DNA of 64,000 nt, taken from Phoronis australis (lineage: Eukaryota; Animalia; Phoronida). Location: positions 1 through 64,000 of the forward strand of contig NMRA01000309.1 in NCBI GenBank assembly GCA_002633005.1, given 5' to 3'. Every line of letters begins with the position of its first letter. Within the stretch, counting starts at the first letter, position 1. The notes under the pieces were generated by a model. It had not been told where the DNA came from and did no database searches. It was given only the letters and a program-made list of their open reading frames with translations. Shown in pieces: positions 1 to 13,800 of the stretch. The translations under genes and the position numbers were made by a program.

Positions 1-750
1 CCCCCCGCCCACATTCATTGAAAATAGTTTCCAAGTGGCCAGACAGCCAGTTTTAACTGGACAGTTTTGTCCTGTGAATGAAAACCGAGTGCCCAAATGC
101 TCTCATACTGTGTTAAGATCATACTGTGTTAGGAATCCATATCCGTATGTAACTCAAGTAATGGAATTGACTGAAAATTTTCCGTTAAAGATTATTATGA
201 GACCGATATGAGAGTGAAAAGCCTCATTCCTTTTTCTTTCGTTTAGCCACCTAACATGGCAAAATGCTTTTAAATTTTAGTATAACTGTGGAATCTTCAA
301 TTCACTATTTCTATATTTCATCAATTCTATGTATATTTTAAATTAGCTAGGGTCTAATTTATTGATATTTCTTCCCATAAAATCACTAGTTACAAACAAA
401 TTATGCTTTGGTTTGATTTTACTTTTAATGTTTTAAAATATCTTGCTAGTGATATATATTTAATAATAACAATACTTCGAAGTGATATGTTTGTTAATAG
501 TGTTCACTAATTCAAAAATTTGAAGTCATGACCTAATAGTGGTCATCTTTGTACTAATATTTGTTTCATTTGGCATACATTTTGCTCATCAGATCTGTAG
601 ATGTGGCTCCAAGTAAATGCACCATATTCCAACAGGATGCAATGAGAGGGATATTAGCGATCAGTGATACTTTGGGATGTGTCTGATCAGTTTCCTGTAG
701 AATGCAGGATTCTTAATTGCTGTACCTTGCAGTTCTAATTCTTATTTCAG

Positions 751-832
751 CCGAGCCAGTAATAGAGCATGGTGTAACTAAGGCTCCTGATGGCTCTGTG
801 TTCATATTGTGCACGGTGGGTGACCGGACGAC
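751..832 (+). CDS. TXNDC17: TXNDC17 internal exon (82 nt)
   Basis: ttatttcag acceptor, gtaagt donor; only one frame is open: EPVIEHGVTKAPDGSVFILCTVGDRT. Confidence 0.9.
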
Positions 833-3800
833 GTAAGTACTGTCAGTGGGCAATAGAATTGACTGGAAAATGACTTGTGCTGCAGTTGTTACATCCCGAA
901 GTTCATCTGTACTGTTCAAAAACCTATTATGTACCCGTATAGGCTGTTTTCTTGTTTTGTGTGATCATAAAGTTTGCTGTAATTGCAGAACTCTTGTGTG
1001 AAATTTGCAAAGCATTAACAGTGTTCGTGGATACATAGCGTACCGCTCTTTTTCCTAATTTGCCTCTCGTGGAAGATAGCTCTTGTTTTGCCTCCTTCCT
1101 AACAGTCGACCAGTGTGATTTTCGGGATGTGGCTTAAATGTAATGTTTTAAATTTTACAATCACGTAGATTTTTACATGTTCATTTGTGCGGCGATCGTC
1201 CTGTTTTTAATCTTACTGTGGCCGAGAACTGATTTAATTACATGTTATAGCAGCTTGACAGTGAACATTGTCACTATAGTCATTGTTTGTTGTACCACAA
1301 ATTCCGAAACATGAGCAATGCGTAGGCCAGTTAAAAGATTGCACAGATGTTCGACAACCCAACAGGTGTTATTCCACAGGGTGTTAAAAAAGAGGCTGAC
1401 AGATGTACTGCAGTTTCAAATGGGGCCTTTATTTTGAAACACCCTGACCAAGAACTTTGCTGATTTAACCTGTGTATGTTTTTAAATAAGTTGGATAACA
1501 CTACATACCGTAGCCTGTCACCAAGTGTTTCCCACATATGGTGATGATTCACCCGATGATCACAATTAACTGAAACCAATCAATATCACTGTTATCGTAA
1601 TGTAGCTAACAGTAGATATAAAAAGTAGCCAAACTGCTTATGGTACTGAAGTGATCTCGTTTAATGTTTGCTGTTGTCTGACTCAGACAGTCTGCTTGTG
1701 TATTAAGCATACTGTACACTTCTTTGTTAAAGTCCATATTTGTGCCAAAAACTTGCATAGCAGTCTATATTTTATGAGGGAAGCTGCTTATTTAATTTGA
1801 GAAATGAGTTAGTTATCCTTGCAGTGAATGATAACCCAAGACATCAAGTTTCAGGAAAATGTCATCGCACTAAACATGAGAATAGGTATCAATACTTGAG
1901 TGTGGCCATTATGTTTTATGTCTTAATTCGTGATAAAGATGCAAATTTGAATGTAATGAACAAAAAAACTTCTCATTTTAGTTTCATAATTTCAACATTT
2001 AATATTAATGTGACATTTAGTGAGGAGTGAAGTGGGGCTTCTGTAATATTGGAATTGGTGAGTTTTTGAGAAGGCCATATTGCAGGTTCTCATGTGACGC
2101 CGTTTGAGAAGGTCATATTGTAGGTTCTCATGTGACGCTGTTTGAATAGGCCATATTGCAGGTTCTCGTGTGACGCTGTTTGAGCAAAAATAGTTCAAAA
2201 AGTTGGGAGTCACCCTCATTTCATACAAAACACATGGGGTATCAGACTACATCTATCCAGAATAATGCCTAAAGCCTTATTCCACCAATGTATATTACGA
2301 GATGTATTGCAATACCCAATGTGTTTGTAAAGGGAAGAGTTTTTGAAAAATTATTTGGCACACTTTTTAATGTACAACTAACATGTAACCTTTTAAAGCC
2401 AAACCTTTCTAGAAGACCAGATACCGTTAAACAATGTAGCGCTCAAACATTTCCAGGGGGTTTACCAACACTTGTTGCACGTGAATGAAGCTGTGATAAA
2501 TGTAAATTGCCATATTTGATGGACATTTTACTTTTTCGAATCAAAGCACAAACTTTCCACTTGTGGCGGGCTGATGGTAGGGCAACTGCTATTTTGATAC
2601 CAGACTCACTAAGTTGTCAATGAAATGTTTCTTGGCAGATACCAAGTGCAGACCTCATGAAAACAATCTCCCTCCGTTATGTCTATTCAATTACTAAACA
2701 ATCCATTCCAAATAAATTCCGTTTAGATTATATGCCATTGCGTTTACCACTACACACAACTGAAAAACCTCTTATTTTATTGCTAAAGTGTTCTAAATCC
2801 ATTTCGCATCGTGTATTATGTACTTACGGTAATACTAATTGAAAATGGACCTTTTATATTACATGGACTTCTGACGCCAAAAAAAAAAAACACATTCTCT
2901 TGTTTTTGTCTTTAAAGGTCAGCCTCCTATTCGTTATGCACTGAGACATAGGGCAACTTGGCATTAAGGTCATTTTCGACTTCTGACTTTGTAGAACCGT
3001 CATTGAGCAAAGCAGTGTCACCAGCATACACAACCATTTTGCAGTTGTCAGTAACACAAATCAAATCAGGAGGGGGCCTACTAGGAGAATAGATCCCTGA
3101 GTAATCCGAATCTCAGCGGCTATTAGCATAATGTAAATCGAGTTCTGTCTGTGAGTTATGGCCAGCAAATTGAATATTGGTCTTTTTCACAGACAGACGA
3201 GACATCACAGGATAAGGTCAAATGTTCAAATCAGAGAGCTGCTACTGTCTCTTTTCACTGGAGAGTGAAAAGCCGACATTCGAGGGCAGCACAAAACTGT
3301 CTTGTATGTGTGTGAGTAATGGCAATAACTGGCATTTCACTGTATGGTATATTTTGTTTCAGGTGGAAAAATCCTGAAAGTGAATTTCGCACTCATCAAA
3401 CATTGCAGCTAAAAGAAATCCCAACTTTGATGAAGTGGGGAACTGTAAGTGTTTTAAAAGTCTTAATTTTCCAAAGTGTTAAATTCGCTCATATTTTGTG
3501 TTTTTGAAGTGAAGAACGAATAGTAATAAATATCCTTTGCATGTTTGTCCAATTATTTTATATCAAAAACAATTTGAACCTTAGAGTGTGGCAACCTCTC
3601 TTCAATTTTTCACGCAATTAATTGTCAAAATTGCAACTTTCCATATTTTCAGTGGCTGTATTTTATTCACTCCGTTGATTCAGCTGGGTCAAATGTTTTA
3701 CACTTCTGATTGATTTGTAAGGTGCAAGTTTGTTCATCATGGAGATGTCTTAGCCAGGTTAACCCACCTAAACCAGTTGAGTGAATCAATTGCAGCCACT

Positions 3801-4918
3801 GTTTCAATCATTTATGTAGTTTTTGTCTGATAATAACTGACCAACCAAATGCTGATAATGGAATAAAGAGTTTTTGATTTGTTGTCAAATTTGGCAAAGC
3901 GAAAACCCATCTGTTATATAGTGTGCTGAAGAGCATTGACTGCATCTAGAAGAAGCGAGCTTATTTAATTCATCTCTAAATTCGATCTAATTGTGAGGTG
4001 AAAGAAATCAGAACTAAGTAATTTTTGGTTGTCAAATGTTTTGTGACTCGCAAATAAGCCTGATAGAAGTAGGTTTTCTTTAATTTGTGAACAGTAAATG
4101 TGAAAGGGGAACCTTGAGACATAACTGTGCAGTTGCTGTACGGCAAGTTCTTCCCTTATTCCTCCTAAATATAATTGGTAATGTTGCTATTTATTAAAAT
4201 CTGATTTAAAGTACAAATTCCATCACCAGCTGAACTAATTCCTAACATCAATAAGCTCAGGCGTCACTGCAAAAGTTCAACCGTTGACCTGCTCTTTGCA
4301 TTTCACTCTCTAATATGTACTACTGGCAATTAAGATGTCATCCTGGTGCATTTGTCGTCATGACTAGTGCATCAACAATGAGTGGTTGGGTTATCCTCCA
4401 CTGTTTGCATCGTTTTGTCGTCAGTATTGTGGTTAGCAATTACTCTAATTTTCTCGTAGCATACCATTTATCTATATTTTCGCGCAGATAAGTTAGGCCA
4501 AGGCCCAAGTGCAGTGATTCTGCAGACACCGTTACGACTAGGTCAAGCAAACACAGTTGTTATTTGCAATGAAATCCGTACTCTCTCCTGTTAATTGTTC
4601 TTGTCTTCGTTGTCAGTTTTCAATCACACTGTTCTCTAGAATATGTTTCCTCCATTGTTGGCTTTTGATAAACATTGTGTTGTCACTTTCTCGAGTGGGA
4701 GAATTGAGACTCTGGTCATACAACTTTTACTGATTTTGTTGAGAGGGAGAAATTCATGGTCTTGGCTATAAGGATGGACATCACAACAAAAACATGGAAT
4801 TCAGTGTTAAATCTTTGACCTTTACCTTAAATTGATTTTCCGCTTTCAGTCAAAGAAGCTTGGTTCTGATGACTGTGCCAAACAAGACCTGGTGGACATG
4901 TTATTTGAGGAAGCTTGA
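751..4918 (+). CDS. TXNDC17: Thioredoxin domain-containing protein 17 (TRP14), 3' part: join(751..832,3363..3444,4850..4918); exon 1 with the WCPDC active site is upstream of the window
   Basis: Three AG/GT-bounded exons splice in frame to EPVIEHGVTKAPDGSVFILCTVGDRTTWKNPESEFRTHQTLQLKEIPTLMKWGTSKKLGSDDCAKQDLVDMLFEEA*, which aligns by eye to human TRP14 ([59 protein letters not shown]). Confidence 0.92.
2065..2184. repeat. 38-bp tandem repeat, about 3 copies
   Basis: Unit tttgagaaggccatattgcaggttctcatgtgacgcyg. Confidence 0.85.
3363..3444 (+). CDS. TXNDC17: TXNDC17 internal exon (82 nt)
   Basis: ttgtttcag acceptor, gtaagt donor; WKNPESEFRTHQTLQLKEIPTLMKWGT. Confidence 0.92.
4850..4918 (+). 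CDS. TXNDC17: TXNDC17 last coding exon
   Basis: ttttccgctttcag acceptor; SKKLGSDDCAKQDLVDMLFEEA then TGA. Confidence 0.9.
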   Translation, partial: SKKLGSDDCAKQDLVDMLFEEA

Positions 4919-5174
4919 AGCTACAAGGTTCAAGATTATGTCATACCAGCTATTTATCAACGTTCTCTTCGTTTGTTTGCTATGTCTTTATTTGCCAAGG
5001 CCATCTTGGATGGCGAATATAACTGGCATAGTGCCAGCCAAGTGTTCACACTTGTTGTGATATTTACAGAGTGACAATTATGTGCAAGAGGTTCGAAGTT
5101 GGGCCATTGTGTTGGTGAAATGTTGTGTGGGTTCTCTCGATATATGTTGTCAGTAGATAGCAGAATGTAGTCTG

Positions 5175-5607
5175 AATAAAATCTGCCGTTAACTATAACA
5201 GCACCTGCTTATTCTTTAGTTGTGATGTAGCCAATTTGTGATCAACGCGTTTTGTTTGTTATTTTAGAAAATCATTGTGTATCGTTTTCTGGTTATTACG
5301 ACTTTGTTAAGTTTTGCCATTTTTCAGTTGGTGCTTTTACACAATCATGTCTTCTGCAAAGTGAACTGGATTTGTTTTTGGAACAGGTTGTTTATGAAGT
5401 AAAAATGTTTCTTTTGTCAAATTCTTATTTTATGAGCAAGTGGAATCTTTTGTTTTCGGAATTTAACACTTGGCCGTCGTTGCCCAGACGAGCAATCTAG
5501 TATTTACATGTATCATGCCCAGAATGAAAACATGTTGCTCAGAATAAATTTCGATCTTGAAAAGAGTTTGGTGCAAGTTTACTGTCTGTGTTGTCCTTAC
5601 CAATAAA
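5175..5607 (+). terminator. Candidate poly(A) signals of TXNDC17
   Basis: AATAAA at 5175, 5543 and 5602; the last is followed by a GT-rich tract. Confidence 0.55.
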
Positions 5608-5750
5608 TGTTTAAGTGTTGTATGGTTAGTTTTTGTTGAAATGCATATTCATGTGAAACATACCACTTTCCAAGGTTTATAGTTAATAGTTACAACTTGG
5701 GTTCGATCGAAAAAAGTGAAAGACAAGAATTAGTTAATCATAGAAAATAA

Positions 5751-5756
5751 TTTATT
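5751..5756 (-). terminator. Candidate poly(A) signal of ACADS
   Basis: tttatt on + (AATAAA on -); the first one I found outside repeats downstream of the ACADS stop. Confidence 0.35.
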
Positions 5757-5839
5757 CTCTGGCATTCTTGTGTTAATTTAATACTGCAATATGAAGTCAC
5801 AATATATTTTATAGCTAAAGTATTAAATTTTTTTAGGTA

Positions 5840-6168
5840 CGGTAAAAAGTCCAGAATTAAGACAGCAAAAAAATTATTATTTTGAACCTGTCCGAAATTT
5901 TAGAAATGGGCAATATTGGCCGTCAGAAATTCGAGAAATTGGAGAAAAAGACCAAAATCGACAAATGGTGTCTGAAATCTTACTGTACAGTCCAAAATGT
6001 GAGAATTACGGCAAACGCCGTTAAAATCAATGTGTCTGAAATTTGAGAAATATGGTGAATGGCAAATTCGACCCTGTCCCAAATTTCAGAACCAAAAAAA
6101 TTGAATTTGGGGTTGGATTTAGGTGTCTGAAATTCGGGAAATTGTCCTAAATTTGGGAATTTTTACCA
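5840..6168. mobile_element. Degenerate Tc1/mariner-type MITE
   Basis: ta|cggtaaaaagtccagaattaagac at the left; tgtcctaaatttgggaattttaccatg at the right is an imperfect inverse; internal gtctgaaattt motifs recur. Confidence 0.45.
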
Positions 6169-6324
6169 TGCATCATGATAATTCAAAACACAACACTGCA
6201 CAGGGGCTTTTGTGCTACAGACTGCTGCAATGCTTTCGGTAAACAGACTTGCATGCAATTAAGCTCGAAACCAATTCCTCTTGAATTTGAGGGCAACTGC
6301 TTCAGTAGGACAACTTCAAAGTAC

Positions 6325-7160
6325 AATAAGAGCAACGTGGAGCGTTGAACTGTGCCCATGAATGCACCGCGAACAGTGTGCTTCCAGGGGTGTTTATTTG
6401 TATCATAAAAGTGGCCACTAGATGGTGCAAAATTGTATCCATCAAAAAACGAGAAAATGTCACCGTTTCTCTTACAGAAAGCTATTTACCACTGTGAAAA
6501 TCCATCAAGGAACTATTAAGGAAACGGAGGAAAACAGAAAAAAATGAAATTCCCACTAGGGGGTGCAGAGTTTGTCACATTCGTCTGAAAGTCATCATCT
6601 TCCGTTGTCAACTTCACATAAATACATGAGCTAAATTTAATAAAGATCCTGCAGAGGGCTTAGGAGTATGTATGGGACAAAAAACAAAACTTACTAGGAG
6701 GTACAACAGCAATCGTTGGAAAATCATTGTCAACCGCACTCATCATACATGTAGTAAGAACATACATACCAATTTTCACAATCATCCTTAGAGTGGTTTC
6801 GTTGCTAGAGTGGTGTACGCCAAAAAACAAGACTCGAAAATAGTATAAATGGCCACAAGATGGTGCAAAATGCCTCCAACCCACCCGAAAATGGAAGGAT
6901 AGATGCCTAAGTACTAAATTTCATGAAAATCTGTTGAGGACCTTTGAAGATACAGAGGCAAACGTAAAAAACTAAAATTGCCACCAGGGGGCACAGCTGT
7001 AATCAGGTCGGTCTGAAACTCGTCGCCCTCCGTAGTCAACCCCACAGGAAATCACACGTCAAACTTCAATGAGATGCTTCAAGGGGTTTAGGAGCTGCGG
7101 ACGCCCAGACAGAGATGACAGCAATATGGACCCACATATAAATATGTGGGCACTTAAAAA
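6325..7160 (+). mobile_element. HINE/DINE-1-like (non-autonomous Helentron-like) repeat, copy A
   Basis: Starts aataagagcaacgtggagcgttgaa; has repeated internal modules (ccactagrkggygc ... aaatttcatgaaaatc); ends with hairpin cccacatataaatatgtggg then cacttaaaaa; homologous to copies at 10847, 29365, 38741 and 40711. Confidence 0.7.
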
Positions 7161-7353
7161 TGATGAGGCCTATTCTGAGAACACAGCAAACAAGAAGTAA
7201 GTCAACCAGCAGTATAACGAACCTGGATTGTAGCTGTTCATTTGTGAGGTAGGCTATTCCAAAAGTCAACTATATCGCATACATATTGATTTGGATACAG
7301 TGAACTTCAATTAGACATTTTGCAGATACCGAGGGAGTGTTTGTTAAACTACT

Positions 7354-7511
7354 CAGGGGCGGATCCAGGATTTTGAATAAGGGGGACCAGGGCACAGTAT
7401 TAGCCAGGATTTTGCCTGCCAGACATTCGCACTCCCCAACTGCCAAATGGAATCTGAGACAATTTTAGGGGGGGCCATGGCCCCCTTGGCCCCCCTCTAA
7501 ATCCGCTTCTG
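7354..7511. mobile_element. Short hAT-like MITE in the presumptive ACADS 3' UTR
   Basis: Termini caggggcggatccag / ctaaatccgcttctg, flanked by direct repeat ctact (5 bp, shorter than the usual 8-bp hAT TSD); related end at 43152. Confidence 0.6.
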
Positions 7512-7649
7512 CTACTCCCTGCATTAGTAACCCCAGTGCAAACTGTAATCGTAGGTAAATTAACAGGAAACTTAAAAATGCCCTGTTCTTAACTAAAGAC
7601 GTCATTCAGACTGTTGATGAAGTGATACGTAATGTAATCTGATGTAACA

Positions 7650-7802
7650 TCAGTGGCCATAATCTTTGTAGACAGCTCGCGATATAACCAGTCTTTGCAC
7701 TTCACTGGTTCCTTCATAGATCTCGGTAATTCGGGCATCTCTGTACAAACGCTCAGCAGGCATACTCGTCACATAACCCATTCCACCAAGAATTTGCATG
7801 GC
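7650..7802 (-). CDS. ACADS: ACADS exon 11 (last)
   Basis: [50 protein letters not shown]. Confidence 0.96.
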   Translation of the reverse strand, partial: AMQILGGMGYVTSMPAERLYRDARITEIYEGTSEVQRLVISRAVYKDYGH

Positions 7803-10800
7803 CTGAATTAAAAGATACAATGCGGAGTTAGTAGATGACCAAATACATATCAAGTAGACTAGTCTCACATTCTAATAACAGAAAGTTCCTCCAGTGTTCT
7901 ACAAAGTGATCTTTGCTTGGTCTGCTCAAAGTGTGCTCAAGGTAACTGAGGAATTCCACAGTTTTAAACTTAGCAACCCTGTGCTCCAAGTAAATCAAAT
8001 TATGAACAAAGCAACTATCTCAAGTCAAACGTACATAACAAGAGAACATTGAAGTTACTTGTTATAGTTATATCCAATCCAATCACTGGACGTCATATCA
8101 TGCAAATAAAGTGTGTTAAGTGATTAAGTTTAACAGATAGTTCCACTTAAGTTGCCCAAAATTTGTGCATACTGTGACCAGCAAGAGGAATCATATACTG
8201 GGTAGAAGATACTGCCTGCAAGTGTTGCATCACCAAGGACTGTGACCAGCAAGTACACTGTCACAGTACAGTGTGTGTTAGTTTGAAGATTCAGCAATAA
8301 TTTTATTTTAATTTATTTATTTATTGTGATATTAAAAATGAGGGTGGCCTCTTCAGTGATAGCACTGCTTTCCAAGTGGGCCCCTCAACAACAAAAACAG
8401 TAATATAATACAATGAAGTAATAAAACAATTAAATATACATATCAAAGATACAATTAAAACAGGTTGAGAATAAAGACACAATAAATAAATGAGAGATGA
8501 AATAATTAAAGAGATGACTCTAAACAGTGAGAGTATTTACGACAATGAAAGAATGACATGATTAAGACAGGTAGGGTATAAAAAGATTAGGTAAATTACA
8601 GCCACTTTTTAATATTACGTTAATTTGAAAGTATCAATTGAATCGGACCGTTTTATTTCTGGGCAAAGAGAATTCCATATTGCAGCAGTAGCATAGATAA
8701 AAGATCTCTTGCCGGTCTCCGTTTTAATTTTTTTAAAAGAAACATTTCCAGCAACAGAAGAGTGTGTAGAATAATTATACAGCTTGACTGCTATAGACTG
8801 AATTTTCAGTTGCGATGTGCTGGAGCCAAGACATTGATACATCTGTACAGACAACAGGCAGAGATGTATCCAGTGTACCCACTGTTCGTGCAAATACAGT
8901 ACGTACTGTGAAGAGATAGTGTGGAAAGTGGCACCCGAATGATGTAGAATCGAGTACGCAGCTGCGAAGAACCTATTTTATAACCAAATTTTGGCGCATG
9001 AGTCAAAAAGAAACATGCAATTTTTGAGAAGTCCACTTATTAAGCCAAATATCTACAAAACTATAGATTTTATTTTGGTAAAAGCATATTTTCTGACAGT
9101 AGAAAGCAGTGTAGAATTCGATTTTTGACTTTCTACCAATCCACCATTAACTGGGTCATGTGACCATCTCTTTTAAGTAAAATTTAACAAAAAAGAAGGT
9201 ACATCGAAATCAAAACAAAAGTATCAATAACAATCAAATTTTATTTGATATAAATGTTCAAGACAAGATCACAATGTTTCATGCAACTTAAGATTTTTTC
9301 ACAAAAATCATAAATTAAAGTTATTCTGCACAATGGGAAGATTTCTAACAGCGTTTTGGAGAAAGGTCATAAAGCATGGAATCTGGAAAGTTTCATATGA
9401 ATCCAATAAGCCACTTCAGAGACAGGATGTACTGAAGTTATCCCAAGTTGGACATTTTTCTGGGGTCCAACATAAACTTAACTGTGCATGTGCAAGCCAA
9501 CAGAGAATTTTTCACTGAGTCACTTGTGGGAGGGAGCCTGATACCATGTACTGTACAACTGATAAAATGGAAAACTTTGTGAACATGTAAACTATGTCAT
9601 TCAGGGGTTCTCCAGCTCAATTACTTTACCAGACGCATGCTGGTTGTGAATGTCTGATAACATCCTACTCCTGCAGTAGCTGTTGAGTGCAGTCTTTTGT
9701 CTGGTATGACAACATGCAGGCCAATTATCTACCAACGTGTTTCAAGAAGTTACTGAAACTGTAATGGGTTCCGACAAAATAGATTCTCTTAACTTCCGTG
9801 ATAGTTGGATGATTCTGGTATTTCAAAAACTATAAATGATCAGCATTTGACCAGGAATTCAGTCTGAGAATTGTTATTGATTTATGTTCAAACAGGCACA
9901 TTACTTATATTTCATTAACAGCACAGCCCCATCAGGGTAAATATTAAGATATTATCAGAATTAGAGCAATTATCAAACAAAAGAGAACTAGCCCTCCAAC
10001 CATTATTGCCACAATGTGCTACACTGGTCAACCCCAACTTGTTCATTTGCTATCCAACTGAACAAGTTGGGGACAACGGGAGAGCACAATATTGTGCTCA
10101 GTAAGCACCAGTACTAAAATTGATTTTTTCTCAAAGGAGTCATGCTGCAAGATGACAAAACAAATTTGAAATTCATAGACAAGCTACTTGCTTTAAAATT
10201 TTTTCTCAGGATTGTGCAACTTTTACACGTAACAGAGACAAAAGAAAATGTGTTGATTTTTTTCTCAATACAGTCATGTTGCAAGACGATAAACCGAATT
10301 TGAAATTGATAGACATGCTACCTGCTTAAAACTTGTTCTCAGGACCCTGCAACTTTTAGATGTCATAGGGACAAAAGAAAATGTGAAGGCTTATGAAGAT
10401 TGAAAACACATTTCATCCAGATGCCAACAGCCTAGTATGTAGATGACATGTAAACAATGTTTCCCAAAATTGGGTGCCACCCATTTAAGAATAAATTATA
10501 GAAGTTAGGATATCTCCAGGTCACTATCCAATCAGATTGAATATTTTTTACGCTGCTTTAGTGGTATTACAGGTCGCTGCTATCAGTCAATTAAATCACT
10601 GTGTGTCAGTGTTCTCTCTTGGAACTGGTCAGATAAGTACACGTACATATTTTCATCCAGGAAAAATTCACGAAACATTTACTGGCAAATTAATGACAAA
10701 GTCACAATAATAATAAAAGTTTTAAGCGCAATACTTCGGACCTATTTTGCCCCAATAGCTTCCAACAGCAATGCACTAAACATGTTTACACTGTCCGGGA

Positions 10801-13800
10801 ATTAACATTCTTAACCATAAAGCAACCAGGGCAACTTTAATCACAAACAAGAGCAACGCGAAGCATTGAAATGTGCCCACGAATGCACCGCACATGGTGT
10901 GCTTCTAAAAGTGTTTGTATCATAAAAATGGCAACTAAAGGGCGCAAAATATGTAAAACCAACCAAAACCAAAACACATCATCGTTTCTTAATTGAAAGC
11001 TATTTACCAAATTTCATAAAAATCAGTCACGGAACTTCAGAGAAACAGAGGAAAATGGAAAAAATGAAATTGCCTCTAGGCGGCATAGAGTTCATCGGAT
11101 CCATCTGAAAGTCGTCATAGTCCGTTGTCAACCTCATATAAATGCACTTGCTAAATTTAATAAAGATCCTGCAATGGGTTTAGCACATACACCTATGGGT
11201 GCAAAAATGTCACTAGGAGGCACCACAGTAGTGGAAGTCGGGGAAAAATCATAGTCAACCGTCTTCTTGACACTAAGAACAATCATAATTGCCTATTTTC
11301 AGTCATTCTTAGAGTGGTTTGGTTGATAGAGGGCGGACACTAAAAAACAGACTCGAAAACAGTAAATATGGCCACTAGGTGGCGCAAAATACCTCGAATC
11401 CGTCCTAAAATGAGATGATAGCATCACTTCACTAATTGAGGCCTATGTGCCAAATTTCATGAAAATCTGTTGAGGGCTGTTCCAGCAAAATCTGTATGGG
11501 AGGGGGGGAAGGCACTTTTATTTCTTACCCACCGCCCATATTTTTCATTTATTTCTCCAACCCATGACCCATAATTTTTTAAATTATTTTAATAGGTTAA
11601 AATATAAAATCTAACACTTGCAAACAAATTGCCTCCAGGAGGACCGTCCTGTTAAGAGCTTATAGATGATTGACAGACAAGAACTAGTTGTCTTGTCCAA
11701 TATTGTCAAAAACTAAAGAAGCCTGTGAGCAATACTTTTGGCAGCCACCAGGTGTCTCTGTTCACCATGTGTCTATAATTTCAATGAACATTTTTTCAAT
11801 TATAAAGATCTATGAATCTCAAACTGTCTCCACGAACTCTTTTGTACTTCTATGTCAAGTGAATATTGGAACTTGTTTATCTTACTCCTCATACTTTTTA
11901 TTTAAAAATCATCAATTTTCATATATGTGTTAACACCAGTTTAGTGTTGCATAACTTTTCAATTCAATAGGACTGCAGACAAACAGTTGTCCAAATCAAG
12001 TTGCCCATGACTTGATTAATGGCTTAGTGAACATATTGCACTCTGTTCACTGGCAATATGGGCTTTTTTGGGATAAGTTAAGATATATGCCAATTGCTTT
12101 TTTTTAGTTTTGATTTCTTTGGAGATGTGTTTGGCTGAAGTAACCAACCTGTCAACGTTATCTGGTAAAAAAATACCACCCATTTTTAATGCATCACTTC
12201 TTAAAGGAACCACCACCCATAATTTGGGTTTTTTTCTGAAGACCACCACCCATGAATTTTTATTTCTACTGCCGTCCCCCCCCCTCCCACACGGATTTTA
12301 CTGGAACAGCCCTGACAATCTTTGAACATACAGAGCTAAATGTAAAAAACTAAAATTGCCACTAGGTAGTTGGAGCCATCTGAAATTCGTCGTCATCTGT
12401 TGTCAGCTTCATAGGAACACATCTGCCGAATCTCATCAAGATGCTATGAGGGGTTTAGGGGATACAGCTGCAGACGCCGGATGCCCAGACAGAGATGTCG
12501 GCAAAATGCACCCACATAATAAATATGTGACATAAAAAATTGTGGACGCATAAAACTCATGTTTTTGAAACACCTTGGGCATAAAATCTGGGCACTAAAT
12601 TCAATGATAACAACAGAGATATGCTAAAGTATGTACCTGATGTGCATTAAATGTTGCAGTTTCTGATGCAGTCAATTTCGCCATAGCTGCCTCTTTAGAG
12701 AATGGCTTTCCAGCATCCTTCAGCAAAGCTGCTTTCCATGTGAGTAGACGAGCCGATTCCAACCTGGTCTCCATGTCAGCAATTTTCATCTGAAATCAAA
12801 AATCATAATGACAGGTGGAAACAATACAGAGTTCTATTTACAAATCTGCAGTGACTCATCATGCTCCTGGTTTTAGTCATGTAATTAACTGGGATGATGC
12901 TTATCCTGTTGAGTCAGAAAATAATTTAAGACCTAGACGGATAAGAGAGTCTATTTGGGTCAGAAAAAGTGGCTCAGTTATGAAAGATGGAGGGTATAAG
13001 TTGTCGAAAATTTGGAATAGCCACCTAATGTCCAATAACTTCGGAAGGTGGCAGCTGATAGGAGGCAAAACTGTCAAGGTACTAATATTTTGGTTGTGAA
13101 AATAAGAATTTGCACTTGACCAACCTTATTTAGTGATAAGTTAGTGTCTGTTATGTATCATCACTTGAACTGGATGGCAAGTTCAAAAGCCAGCTGGGGG
13201 GACATGGATGCTTATTGGGATGAATATGGCAAAATACTAATTGCTCGTTAACATTTACACTAATTATTGATCAAGTTCAAACTTCACTTCATTTGTTAAA
13301 ATTTACCAAAGAGGGATAATATCACTAAACTTAACCATATTCAAAAACATCTCAAAAGTAGAAACTAACTTCAAAAAACAGAATTGATTTCCTAAGTTGA
13401 AAAAAATTATAAATGAACTTCGCTTCACCCAAGACTGGTAAAAAATAGTGACAGTTAAAACTGCAAGTACATGACTGTGCAAAGCAATGATTACCTGAAT
13501 GGCTTGAAAGTTGGCAATGGGATTGTTGAAAGCCTCTCTCTTGAACGCATAATCCACGGCACAGTCAAGAGCTGCCTGAAATAATAATTAGCAGATCATT
13601 CCAATCTTTTTCAAAGGTTTTTACAGCCACATTTTGTACAGAGGAAAATCGAGTAACATAAGAAACGTTACAAATGCTTATAATCTAGTGATTCACATGG
13701 CAACAAAAAGTATTTGTGGCAGGTTGAAATCCTCTTCTAAGACAGCACTCTGTCTTTAGATCTAATACAGTGCTGTTCAGACTGTGGGGCACATTCTGAG

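Noticed and set aside
4916-5074. TXNDC17 TGA followed by about 50 open codons (selenocysteine or readthrough?)
   Set aside because: The stop coincides with the homolog C-terminus, the context is TGA-AGC rather than TGA-CTAG, and I recognised no SECIS.
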